Part shown: one piece after another, positions 27,140-39,879 of the stretch
Layout: each line of letters begins with the position of its first letter
Numbering within the stretch: position 1 is the stretch's first letter
From: Raillietiella orientalis
Taxonomy: Eukaryota
Reading direction: 5' to 3'
DNA: 64,000 bases
Assembly: GCA_036172245.1 (NCBI GenBank)
Contig: JAYWIR010000048.1
Location: 372,001-436,000, forward strand
Program-made: the position numbers and the translations under genes
Notes under the pieces: generated by a model
The model's input: the letters and a program-made list of their open reading frames with translations, nothing else
The model's database searches: none
What the model was told of the DNA's origin: nothing

Positions 27140-28159
27140 ATCGTGAAATGGTTTGGCTCTTCGGACAGAACGATTCTTAATTGTGCTTTGTGATGCGGAG
27201 AAGCAGATGCGCTGCGCAAGTTGCGGTAGGTGCGAGTAGGGGCGGAAGATGCTGCGAGTGTCTTGAGCGCGGTAGCGAATTCTCCCTCCCGTTGTTGGAA
27301 TCTACGGTAGAACAGAGTGAAACGAAGGGCCCTGGGAAAGCAGTTCTTCCTGCTGTTGCTTCAGCCTTTGGGTTGTGCTGCGTCACCCCGCTGCAGCTCT
27401 TGGGCTGTTGGAAGCGGTTTCTGGTGCTCCTATCGCGCCCAACGAGGGGTCTCTCCGGTCATTTTGACGAGAGCGCCGACGGTGGAAACGTAAGCGGAGG
27501 CGCAAGAATGGTGCAACACTGTTGGTGGCCGGTGTTCCAGTTTGGCACAGGATTTTCTTGCAGAAAAGAATGGTACCTTCCTGGTGTTTTCTCGAGGATT
27601 CGGTAGAAGTTCGAATTGGAGGTTCCAAACCCGGACTTGTGGTTCGGGTGATTTTCGGAGCCATCGTGCGTGCAAAAGATTCATCTATCCGGGGACGAGG
27701 GGGTAGGGAAACCTATAATGGCCTCCGACCCTGGGCAGTCATTCGTGATCGGTGTATCTTAGGTTATAGGAACGGAGGTTTGCAGCAAGTCTGAAAACGG
27801 TTGGTCAACCAACTCTTTGTGTTCGTTTGCAGCCGGCTGGAAAAAATTTTGAACTGAGGTTGGTGTCGCTCATCAATGAGAAAGGTAGCACATGGTACAT
27901 CGGAAGCAAGGGTCATCCGGAACATGGAATTATGGGGGTTTCCCATCATACAGCAGCTTATCTAATCAGCAAGACTTTTCGCTAGAGAATTGACCACGTT
28001 TTCTTCATTGTGAAGAATCGCTGTGCCCAAACAGCACTGATGGTGATGTTGTGTTGCCCTAGTGACCTGACTGTGACGGTTCCTCGGACTTCCCGCCCCC
28101 CTTAACTTTTTGTATACAATTCTTTTAGCCTTCCTGTTACCCTGAGCTTGGGTCAACAT
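27140..28159 (-). pseudogene. Decayed LINE ORF1
   Basis: ORFs 27962..28159 and 27764..27949 lie in one frame split by one stop (ISCC...FRMTLAS...FL). They are followed by knuckle remnants LPRVGG...VPG / FCTHDGSENH / FCKK.CQTG. Confidence 0.55.
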
Positions 28160-28199
28160 GCTGATTGATTTTTTCGTGACTCCTCCTTCATTGACTCGA

Positions 28200-29300
28200 G
28201 GTTCGTCATTGGGGAGTACAATTCCAAATTTTCCGAGGATATGTGGATGAAGATCACTGACTGTGAACGGAAGTTTGCAAATTTTTAATGATGAGTGGGG
28301 AGAACTTCTTGCCTCGAGGTGTCAAAGACCTGGAAGGCTTGAAAATTTCGGCAGAAGATTTTCAGATGGCTCTTGGTGTTCAAGATTCCCTTTGAAAGAA
28401 AAAGTGACAAGAGATTTGATGGGATTGTTTGAGTCAGTTCAAGAAGGATTTCAGCAAAATAAAGGCTTGAAACCAAGCAACAAAATTCTGCATTCAATGC
28501 TTGGCTTCTAATATTCTGATCTCAGGAAAGTAAGAAGAGGTTTCGAGGTCCGCGGATACGCAAACTGTGCTTTTCAAGGATAATGGTTTCCCTTGGTAAC
28601 TCGACGGTAATTCCAAAAGGTCTGTCTCTGACTGTTTAGCAGGCGAAGAGATAAGGCGCAACACCATCCTACGATGAATTTTTTGAGATCCTCAGACTTT
28701 CTCAACTGCAACATTTTTTCTAAAACGCAATCACCAGAACCCAGAAACCAAAATTTATGAAATGTGTACTTTTTACGGTATAGTACCAGAGAGCCCTATT
28801 CTTGATTACTTGCTGAGTCCTTTAAGGAGTTTTGATGACTTAATTGCCTCTTCCAAATCATTTGGTGTTACCACATTCCTCCAGGGTGTCTCTGGATTAA
28901 CTGGTAAGAAATTGCTGTATGAAAGAACAGGGTTTCTAGAAACTTGAATGCAAACGATGAGCAGATTTTTGCGCCCAAAAGGTTTTTGAATGGTGAGAAA
29001 AATGCCAGAAAAGGAGCCTAAAGAACCACACCCGATCGTTTTTGAAAACAACTGCCTCCAAAACTAGGGAGAGTTTCTCTTCCATCTATCAGAGAAAGAA
29101 TGGCCCTAGAAAGGAGGAACATCTCTACAGATGGAATCACATGAGCTGAATATCAGTGAGGTGTTTCTGGTTGCCAAATTGTATTTGAAAAGTTTCCGTT
29201 TTCCATTTCCGTTTCTAATCCATCCTGAAGGAAAGCAGACTTTGAAGGATGGTGTTGCAGCTAGCCTTACCCAGTTGCCTGCTCCTATGGTATTTAGGAT
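28200..29300 (+). pseudogene. Very old LINE RT remnant
   Basis: Motif remnants in RT order across frameshifts: RGVK..S..F (RGVRQG), VRGYAN (YADD), FYGI (YLG), GKK, RFLNG..LPPKLGRVSLP (FLW..GGL.LP). Confidence 0.5.
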
Positions 29301-30115
29301 ACAAATGGAGTATCGAACAAATGGTGCTTGGCAGTAGGTCTGATGGAATTCATGGAATTTAGGAATTTTGCAATAAGGTCACCAGATAAGCCGTTTCCTA
29401 ACCTGGAAGAGTCATAGCTGTTAGACAAACAGCAAAAGGCCCTGCACGCCAATCATAACAAACAGAGAATCTCTTAAACAGTAGCCATGGTTACTGATTT
29501 CTTCCGTGAGAGGCAAACTTCCCTCCTTTGGTTTAATAAAAGCTAAAAAAAGGCAGCCCAGTAGTGGGTTGTAGATTTGATGTGCAGGTTCTGCATGCTG
29601 GTCAGCTTGGAGGCGACAACGACACTCTTCTGCAGATAGCCCGGTAGAAGACAAATCAGAATTTCAACGTCGCATGAAAGAGAAATTTCGAATCGCAGGA
29701 AACTTCCTCAATAGGAAAAAGCATGCAGCGGTGAAGATCAAAAGCTCTATCGGCAAACACAGCATCACACATTCTCAAGAGGATTCCCTCTTTTCTAGAA
29801 ACGACTCCTTGAGATGTGAACTCTTTTAAATAACGCCATGTTACAAAGGCTCTCACGTTAAGAAACAGCTGTACTGGATGGAGGCTTTTCCTGATGATGA
29901 ATGGGTGGGAGGATGCGAGAGATTCTCAAGAAGCAGAGGAGACGCTTTTTGATCGCGCATCTTCAGACTCTCATGGAAACCATTGAAGCGAGAGCTATTA
30001 GGGACTAGACTGGTACTACACTTGGCGTGACCAAACGCACTATTCAGTGTCTGGTTGACCACCGACGGCAGCAGCCAATGCCAAACCTCTAGTCCCCCTT
30101 ACAAGAGGTCATCAA
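29300..30115 (-). pseudogene. Old LINE ORF2 C-terminal remnant, convergent with the previous one
   Basis: GGLEV near 30090, then FLFHATL..GLSAEECRC..H zinc-finger remnants. Confidence 0.45.
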
Positions 30116-32199
30116 ATAGTGACAGCGTTCGTCGTCGAACCAACAGAAGATGTACAGCCAACTGCGCTGCTGCAACGCTCAGATCTGGCTGGCATGCAGA
30201 TGCAACCCTCGCCTTCTAAGTGCCCCGGGCCGCTGCACAACGAGATGCGGCGCTGCGATCGCAAACCTCGAATCCTGCACGGGCAAAAGAGAATGAGAAC
30301 AGAGCGGAAGGAGACGTAGGATTGATGGTGCACTGTTCCTTTGATCGTTATTAATATACGGCATGGCTCCAGAAGTTCTTGATAATTTGAACTTTATTTT
30401 CGTCGCCGTCTCCTCCTCACAATGAATTCACAAGGATACGATTACATCTTCAGACTTTCTAAGTAATCTCATGATATCACTTCGTATGCTGCCCTGGCAA
30501 TTACTCAGTTGCTTGCATCCACATTTTCTTTCGTTCGTAAAATGAATCCATCATGAAAAATGACTGCGAATCCCTCTTTCTCTGATTAACAAACCTCGTT
30601 CTGCAGACGATCCACATGCGTCGGCAGAGCATATCAGCTTCAAAGCTTTAAAAAGAGAAACTCACGGTCCTCTGCTTTCATGAAGACACCACCAGCTACA
30701 CGTGGCGCCAAGCACGTGTAGCTCGTATTGCACGCTGCACGCAGAATCGCACCTACTAAATGCGTACAGTCATGTGTACACTTACTCGCGTGTGTTTGTT
30801 CTGCGAGTACACTGCCTACTTGACTGTGTGTGATGCGTGAGACACGGCTCTTTTTCAAAAAAAAGAATTCCCAACGGAAAATGCTTTAGGAACCTTCAGA
30901 GATGCAAGGATGACTCCAACCAAACTCGTGAGGATGACATTTGCTTGCTTACCAGCATCGGCGCCGCACTCATAGAATCCGCCGTGATGAGAATAAATGC
31001 GTCGCCAAGAAACATGTTGCCAGATCCCAGAAATAATCGGGGAAACAAAGCGTTCAGTCTTGCTACACAGCTGCTTTCTTTCATCAGGCGGAACAGAGGA
31101 AGGAAGGAAGGAAGAAAAAACATTTTCTTGGAATTTTTCGTTCTCGCGCTTTCCCTATTTTAAACTTTTGCCGAATGAAAGATGCAGCGAACGGAGCGGC
31201 GTTGAAACTTTGCCGTCTGCAGTCAACATGCAAGGAGAGAGAGAAATGGGGAAGGAGGAGGGGGGAGGAAGCCATTTCGATCAGCGAAACTCCAAGGCCC
31301 ACTCTGAAGTGACACTAAAGCCCCCGATCGGGATGCAGCAATTTCGGGAAATGGGTGGGAACGCTCGGCGCGCGAATGCAGAGTACCGGGAGCGCGGACA
31401 AGAGGCGGAAGAGAACGGGCCTCGGGAAAATACTTTGGATTCGAAGCACCCGCGTGAGACGTGACTCGGCACCTTCGCAACGAGAAGCACTGCGCGAGCA
31501 GAAGCGCCGATTGCGCATAAAAAACTTTCTAAACCCATTCCAAGGCAGCAGATTGAAGCTCCACTCCGTAGACTTTGCCACGCTCACTCGACAAAGGGTT
31601 TATTAATTCCACCTAAAGATTTCTTCCAGCAGCACGAACGCGACGAACTTCCGTGCAGCTGAGAGGTAAAACAGATCCCATACAGCAGTTATAGTCGTTT
31701 CCGAGGAAACATCCCAAAACCAGTTCAGCATGCTGGCGGAACTTTAGGGCAACAGGGAGGTTGAAAGAACCGGCTGAAAGAAGTTAAGGGTTCCTCGGGC
31801 TTCCTGAAGGAAGTCCGAAGAACCGTCTAGGGCAACACACACAGCCTCACCGTCGGTACTGCTCGCACACAGCGATTCTTCACAAAAAAGAAATCACGGC
31901 CAATCCACTACCGGAAGGTCTTGCTCATTTGATAGGAATGCTGATCTGAGGAACGAGAAGCCGCTAGTCCCTCAGGGTTTCGTCTGGATGCCAGCAGAGG
32001 TGTCATCGTGGTTTTCCCATCAGAGGCTCCTTTTCCCTGCCTTTATTAGTCGCTTAGTGTTCGGGAGCAGAAGCATGGTCCGTTTGAATATGGGGCTCTT
32101 GCACCTGCTTGTGTTTGAAAATGGGGGGGAGGACCCTCTGTAGATGCCAACAGGAGGAGGAGTCTGCGCATATTTTGTCCTCATCGTAGCGGGTCATTT

Positions 32200-33000
32200 T
32201 CATCTCGGGAGTATCCATCGCTGTCGCTGGAGGAAGATGCGAATTTGAGCAGATATGATTCTCTCCTAAATACCTTGATTAGCATTCTGCAGCGAACCAT
32301 TAGGAAGTATCGATCCGCCGCGGAAGACAAATGCTTGGTGCAGAAGATGACCTCTTTTCCTTCCCAGCTGGGGAAGGGTCTGTGGGAGCATCAATCTTGC
32401 GCTTGGAGGTGCAGAGCATGACAGACGTGTTTCTGAACCAGCAGGAGCGTTTTTTCCGATGAGAAATCCATCATCGCATTCCGGTTGTGCTTCCTCTCCC
32501 TTTCCTCTTTTGGAGGGAGGCCACCCTTTTGGATTCTCAGCAGCAGTCCCGTCCACGTCCGTGGAAGATGGAACCTCAGACATGGAAAGTCCTCTGCGCA
32601 AACTTTGGGAGCTAAGTGACAGCTGAAGTGCCTTGGGTGGTTTTCGGAGCTCTTCGGTGGAGTTAGGTCTCGATGGAGCGGCCTGAAAAGTGAGTCCCAG
32701 TTCAAAATCAGCGCACGGCTCGACTCAGTTGACGGGAGTCTCACTCTGAGCAGTCACGCGGTTTTACTCCCGGCTACAAATGGCGAGTGCTAAACAGGCC
32801 ATCCTCAGATGATGTGGGAAGACTGAAAGTCTGAACCCGGAAGTGGCGGCAGGCATGCACGTGGCTGTGAGCAGGTCGGCACCATTGAAGAAGGGTCGCT
32901 TGGCAGAGATAGCGGCATCCATCGGGTCAGAAGTGAAGGACTCGTGCAGCTTCAAAAATGAGGGTCGAAAAACATGTGTGGGTGGGCGACGCGCATGGCA
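32200..33000 (-). mobile_element. Probable decayed ORF1 fragment
   Basis: LP...PGVKPRDCSEC knuckle-like remnant followed by a disordered tail. Confidence 0.35.
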
Positions 33001-33569
33001 GACGAAACCATGAGGCTAGCAGACGTGGAAACCCGGAATAACCCTGTCGGAATCGTGGGGGAACAAACTGACCGACTCGCGCGAGCAATTCGCGAGGTAT
33101 CCGGAAGTTGCCACGTGGGCTGCATCAAGACCTCGTGACCGGGAGCATCAGAATCAGGGCACGCCGTATGTCGTTGCCGATGCTACAGCCGGTCCATGAT
33201 GGAACCCGCTGGTATGGGTAGCAACGCGCTTCCCCCCCACATGCCACAGGCCCCGGCGCTCTTCGTGAGCCATCTGCCGGGGCGAAGACCGGAAGAATTC
33301 ATTCCGCGCACCCTCCCATTGGACTAGGGAGTCCTCTTTCGAGCTAGGAACGCCTAGAAAGAGAGTCCTTTCCCGCGGGGTTGACATTCTCAAGAAGCAC
33401 CCAGTGCGACGCTTGCCTCATTTACTTGCCGAGGTCGCAGCGGCATCTCATCTTGCATCTGGAGTCTTCATCTTGCGGCAGAGAAAAGATCCAGGAGAAG
33501 CGGAATGCCTCTGACTCCAGCAGCGCTGAGATAGGAAGGGATGCAGAATCTCAGTGACTCTCCTTTGAT

Positions 33570-34800
33570 TATTGTTCCCATGCCTTTTTTATTTCGATCC
33601 CCAGGGGAAAACAAGACCTTCAAGAGGAGAGTCTACCAACGCGCTGGTCTGCCACTCTAAAGGTCGGGAACCGGCCTGGAAGGATACAATAAATAAATCG
33701 ATAAAAGGAAACGGTTAGGGACTGACGTCAGTTGTTTCTCCTCTCCCTTTTTTCTAGCGCCTTTTCTTTCTAGGACCAACGCTGGATGCCAGCGATCTCC
33801 GTTTTGACTTCCCATTCCGGATGAGGTCACTCTCTGCCGCCCTTACGTGGGCAGCTGCCGTCATGGCGACCTCCCTTCGCTGCCCCTGAGATCCCAGCAA
33901 GTAGCGGGCTGTGGCGACGCCGCAGGTGCAAAACGGCACCTGTTGAGAGGTCGCCGCTCACGAAGAATCGCCATAGTAAGTCCACTGCGATGTCCTCGGA
34001 CTGCAAGAGTTCTGAAATCAGTCCTTCTCCAGAGTCCCTTGAGGACTCTGAGGTCCAAAAGCAGGTGTGGAATCGATTCCACCGACCCGGCAGAGTTCGA
34101 GGATGCAACTGCCCCGGAAGCTTTTTGCAGGTGTACACTGCACTGAAACTCCCAGTGCAGAAACAGCAGAACAGCCTGACTCCAACCTAAGGGAAACAAG
34201 GAAGTGTTCAAACATCGAGGAGGGAGCACAAGTTCTTCAGGGGATACACTCAGAAGCTCGCTCCTCCGAAGTAGTGCCGAGAACGAGGAGTGGCGGCGTC
34301 CACCAGCTCTCTCGTCGTTCAGCTGTCCAGGATTTCGGTCACTCTGGCAAAGATGCAGCAAAACTTCCACGCCGCCGGTTGGCAACTGTTGTCTCTTGCC
34401 CTGAAGGCAGACAGCACCACGGGAAGAGGTGCGGCGGCCAGGGTCCTGCAGTGCGTCTCTCAAGGGACGGCTGAGGAAGAAAACGCAGGGGACGAAGTTC
34501 CTTGGAACACAGCCCGTGGGACGCAGACGTGCTGGCAGTCGGGATCGCTCGAAACTCCGAAACGAGAAGATGCGATCAGGGAAGCAGCGGGGCAAACAAA
34601 TCGCAGAGGTGGTCTCCTGTCAACGGCGTTTACCTCTCGGAGCAGCTCGCTTCCGAGTTGTCTGCTCCGTTGCCTCGGCTCCCTGAGTCCAATGCCACTC
34701 TGGATTTAATCCGAGGAAGCAATCCCAATTTGTTACGAAGAACACGAGAGAGCTTTCACTGCGCTCTGCTGGATACGACGCCGTCGCCATTCCAGTAATT
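33570..34800 (-). mobile_element. 5'-truncated LINE (zinc-finger region and eroded 3' tail)
   Basis: ORF 33861..34595 has SLFPLGWSQAVLLFLHWEFQC...VESIPHLLLD, homologous to the 17, 21 and 58 kb copies. Confidence 0.8.
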
Positions 34801-36199
34801 ACACTTCATGCTTCAGCTGGTGAGGCAGGAAGGCTTCATCACCATTCAGTTAATATCTTCATTTCCAATTCGCTTCAGAGGCTGGAAAAATGCGACGGGC
34901 AACGTAACAAAAGGAAGAGGGAGGTCATTTGTTAGCAACGGCTTATTAATTCTAGGGTGTTGGCCTTTTTCGCCCGAGCGCGAGTGGGCGCATCAGCGAC
35001 GAGAAACAAATTGCGCCCTTGAGAGGAGACCAAACCGCACTGCGTGGAGCCTCGCGCGAATCTCAACGAGCGGGACGAAGCCGGACGCTCTCCCGCTCTC
35101 TCTGGTTGATGGATTCTCAGGAAAAAGCTGCCCCAGGACCGATCGCTATTGGACAATCGCCGACTCGCGGGAGGAAGACAAAATATACACCCGCTTCCAC
35201 CATTCCTTCTACGAGGAGAGAGGAACGCGGCACAGTGCGCACGTGAATTCGCGAGCCTGCGGTCACGAGTCACGAGCTGCTGACTTTTTACGTGCCGGGA
35301 TCGCGCGGGCTGAGCCTCTGCTTCCCTCGGCCAGCGTCCTGGAGCGCTGATGGGATCGGAAAATCGGTGACAGCGGAGATTAGGGGATCCATCGCAGGCA
35401 GGAGATGATTACAGACTGGGGAAGGGAAGAGAGTTGCTCTTCAAGTAACTCTCTTCCCATCGCTTCTCGGCCTTTTGGCTAAGATCAAAGTGCTCTTCAA
35501 GTTGCACAGAGGATGGGTTGATCTTCCCCCCCCCCCCAATCCCCCTTCTTTGACGACACGGCTTTCAAATTCGTTTCGCTCGGACGGACTCGATTCATCG
35601 GCTCTCCTGTTGAGGCATAGCCGTTTCTTCTGCCCCGCCAACTGGGACCAGACTTTTCCTAAATCCGAAACGCTCCAGAGGGAAAAACCACGCGAAGCGG
35701 ACTGCACGGAAAATAGGTTGCGCCAGGGCAATCCGAATGACAACTTCACAATGCATTTGAGAAACGTCGGAGGGGGAAAGGAGAGCGGTCCTCCTTAGAA
35801 AAGGAATTGTGTGGGCGTAGGAGAAAAGTCCTGCGTAGGGGACGGCGGGACCCGGTTGCGCACGATGGCTTTTGCTGGTGGCATTCCCGTGTGCGGCCCA
35901 AAGCAACTTGCGAGGGCTAGGAAGAGAGGAACCTGAATAGGCCGATGCTTGCGAAAGGGAAAAAGCAGCTTTCCTTGTCTCTTATAGAAAGGTGGAAGGT
36001 AACGTTTAGAGCGGGACTCTGAGTGCACGGCTGCACGCACGGTGCTGCATGCGGCCCACCGTTCGAATAACCCACAGTCGCTTGCTATGGTAACCTCCCA
36101 CTGCACACTCATTGGGTTGTAAGTTGCAAACCTCCTTCTGCGCTCCTAGGCAGCGCACTGCAAAGTGACCGGAACTGTGCTTAGAATCGTGGGGAGAAG

Positions 36200-37320
36200 C
36201 CCTAAGAAAGCATCGCGTCGGAGTTCAGAGCGAGGAGGGCATTCCGGAAGGCGAAGTCAGGAGCTGAAGCATGACTCCAGCAGAGAGTCCACGCAGGCAG
36301 GAGGGCAGGCGACCGTCCTTCGTTCGGGAGTCGTTGCAGCATAGGTCGGCGCGCGGGCATGGAGAGTGGTTCTGGTTTTCGTCCGCTGCCGCCCACGAAG
36401 CGACAACTCGTGCAGACGGGAAGAGACGAACACGTGCACACTTTGTCTCATTCGTGGAAGACGATTATTCGAGTCTTCGAGAGAAAGAATTGAGACAGAA
36501 AGTGAAGGCTCTCTGCGCAGCCGTAGGGTCGTGGAACGAGCATGGTTTCTTCTTCCGGATCCCCGAAGGAGGAGAGAGGAGATTCTTGCTCAGGGAGAGG
36601 CCCTTGTCCGCTACTGCCAACTGAGATGCCTCCGAAGAACCCGATTGCATCTTTTCCATTCCACTGAACAAGAATGCTCGGAGGCAGGAGACGAAGAACA
36701 CGTGCAGCCGCCTGGAAGAAGCGCTGCTGCTCCAGCACGACTGCTGCCAGCCTCTCGGGGAATCTCTGCTGCGGCGAGATCCGGGACAACAGGAGCCTGC
36801 CTGCTTCCTAAGGTGCACCGACAGCGACGCCTGCTGCACCGGTCGCGCGCCTCTCCCGGAGATTCGCTCAGAGTCCGCGAGGCTGGACCGACCGCGTTCG
36901 GCCGCCGTCCTTCCAGTGGCGCGCTTCGGCCTGCCCGGGAACGAGGAAGAGCCGCACACGAGATTGGCGTGGCTCTGTCGATGGCTCTGCCTGATCGATG
37001 TCGCAAGAGAGGGTCTGCTGAGAAGAATGGCCGTCTTTTCGGACTTGCCAGCTGTCCACCTCGCTGGCGCGCTCCTGCCACGTGAGGAAGCAACGTTGAC
37101 CGCCGGAAACGGGAGAAGGGGTGCGGGATCGCCATGCCGCTCCCGCCGTGCAAATCGTGAAAGCAGAAGAGGTTCCAAGGGGAAGGTGCGCAGAAAGGAC
37201 AATCGCAAACAGGCCAGGCGAGCACCTGGTTTCCGGCTTTCCCGTCCCCTCCCGAATGCAGATCCTGAGAACCTCCCCTCCCCTTTCTTCGGTACTTTCG
37301 CTGTTCTCTGATTTTTTCTT
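36200..37320 (+). mobile_element. Probable decayed ORF1
   Basis: Broken reading HFVSF..LRQKVKALC...PGQQEPACFLRC, in a knuckle-type context. Confidence 0.4.
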
Positions 37321-39879
37321 CCATTCCATTCTATTTCTCTGCTTTGAATAAATGGTCCGGCGTGCCAGGATAAGGTGGCAGTTAGTCCGTTGCTCAGTGC
37401 GGCGAGAGTCCTGGGTTCCTGCATCAATGGCTGCTTCCAGCTCCATGCGTCCCTCAACTGAGAGGCCGCCAAAGCGCGCAGGTGCGCGCCAGCCTGGCAT
37501 GGAAGATCAAGCGGAGACAGATACGACGTCCAGCATTTCCTTCGGTCGCGACGTGTTCCAACTCACGTTCGGGAAAGTGCGACCATTTCATTTTCTTTCA
37601 AGAGGGTAAGTTCAAGCGCTGATGTCTTTCGTCTGAGAAATCTCCGCCTTGCAAGCTGCGGAACTCGCACTGCCGGCTTCCAGCTTCCTTTTCCAAGCCT
37701 CCCCCTACGAACCATCAGGCTGTGGGGCGTGTTTGCTTTGGCTATCTAGAAGCGTGAGTGATTTTCCAGTGCTCCTCTTTACATCCACTTAATCTTCCAA
37801 CCAGGGAAGTGCAGCTCGATTCCCTTGGATTTCTCTTTCAATCCCTGTGAGATTTCTTTATCGAAATCCCGATGGCAGCTCTCGAGTCCCCTGGCGGCGT
37901 GGCTGCCAACGACGAGGGGCGAACGAAGTTACCGCGCAGCGGCGGGAACTACCACATTTCCATCGGGAACCCTTGGAGTTTTCTCACGGTGGAGCAAATT
38001 GTTCCAGATGCATGTTCATGGTGATCGTTGGGATGCTGCACGTAAACGAGGAAGGCAATGTCTGCACAGCCGCCGCCACGCTCACATGAAGTTGTGATGG
38101 AGGGTGCCATCTCACTTCATTCGAAGAAACTCATGCGGAGATGAGGGAAGATCGATACCGCCAAAGCCATTAAGGGTGGAAACCTTATTCGTGAGTAAAG
38201 CCTGGGTACCCCATCAAAGAGAATGCGATCGAGATGCAATGAGGGCAATAAGGAAGAGGAAGAATGAAAAAACGTCGGAACTTAGGGAATCCAACGTAAA
38301 ACCAGCAACTGCCAGTCGCAGGATGAGGCAAAAGATCACCTCTGTCTTGTCGCCCTATCCAACGCAGAGAGGCACGGAAACTCCGATCAGGGAGAGGCCG
38401 TGCATTTCGCATTCATTTCAACCATAAAACTCTGATCAGATGGAAGGGTGGTGCCTGCATCCTTTCCATCGGCCGGCGAACGTCCCCTCCCAAGGGTGGA
38501 GGGGGCCTTTTGAATCCCAGCAAGTGGAGCCGATCGTGAACCTCAGCATCGATCTGCTTTTGATGTGGGCATCCGGGAGGTGGTCAGTCAGTAGACCGCG
38601 AGCTCGTCTGCGGACGCAATTTCCAAGGAGGTCTGCACACCAGAAACTCGTCCACCAGCGAACTGATCTCCGGATGAGATTCCAGCCTCCAAACTGACTT
38701 CCTGACGACCTTGCCTTCGAAGCCGCCAAACGAGCCACCTGCACACGGGTCAGCCTACCATTTCAGAGCAACTCTGCGGTCGCCAAGCACTTGAGGAAGA
38801 GGAGCAAATGTTCCTTCTGGAATTGGACAACTCTGCTGTGAAACAGTGTCTCACGTCGGAATGAAGTGTCGAGACTGGCTGGCTGGAAGGAAGTCCGAAC
38901 AAACGTTTCTGAAGTTCTCCAAGAAAAGAGAGATTGAGATCTTAAGTTGCAGAATTCAGCGCTTCCAGAAAATGCGCTAGGAATCAGAAAATTCTGACCT
39001 GCCATCGCTAGAAGAGCAAGATCGTGGAAACTAAAGAAAATCTCCTCCAGATATTTTTCCCAACCTCCTCCAGGAATTTCGACGAAAGCAGAGTCATGAT
39101 GTAAAAGAAAAGACCTGCTCCAGGCTGCGGCATCACGTCGCGGTTGATATTCGCAGGACCCAGAACGCCACGATCAGCTGGCCTTAGCATTTTGTTAAAA
39201 GAGTCGCATGTTTCTCAACCACTGGATGTGCCACAAACTTGGATGTGCCAGCTGGCCTCAGATGATTCCGAAGACTCTGTGCTCGACCTGAAAGAGACCT
39301 TCGAGTTTGCATTCCAGGAATCCATTTCTTGAAGCTAGTGCATCGTCCAGACCAGCCATGGCCCTTCTAGAACAACAACGTCCATCAACATCCTTTTAGA
39401 GGCCGCTCTGAATGTCTGTGCAACAAGAGGGTCCATTAAGGAGACAGACCGAGTTCGTCACTCTTCAGCAAATACATCGCGCTGTTTCTGAGAGTGGATG
39501 CAGGAAAAGAAAATATGGAACTTTTGCTGCCCTCCGCACCTCTCTGCAGTCTCGTTGTGGCGGTCTCCGAGAATGACCTTTTGTTGTCCATGTCCATGCT
39601 GGCGACATCTCTCGAGGGATCCTTCGAGCAGATCCACCAAGAAGAGGTTCTCGTTGGAAGAATCCTACGTGGAAAGTATTTTTTAGCACCTTGGTGTACC
39701 TATGGACGACTTCTCTTTCGCAGAGTGTGCTCTGCTCCCTCCAAAAAAGGAAAAGATATTGATCCTGTTCCTAGGAGGCAGCTTTTTCCAACCCTTGGAG
39801 GTTTCCATCGTCCTTGTTCTTCCATTCCTACTTTTTGGCTGCTGCTCCACCCAATGAAGCTAAGAGACGAGCGGACGGC

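Noticed and set aside
27600..30110. Possible endogenous viral element with methyltransferase-like words (TCGSGDF, FFIVK, VPRTSRP) on the plus strand
   Set aside because: These words are antisense to a LINE ORF1 remnant. The rest resolves into ordered RT and post-RT motif remnants of two convergent LINEs.
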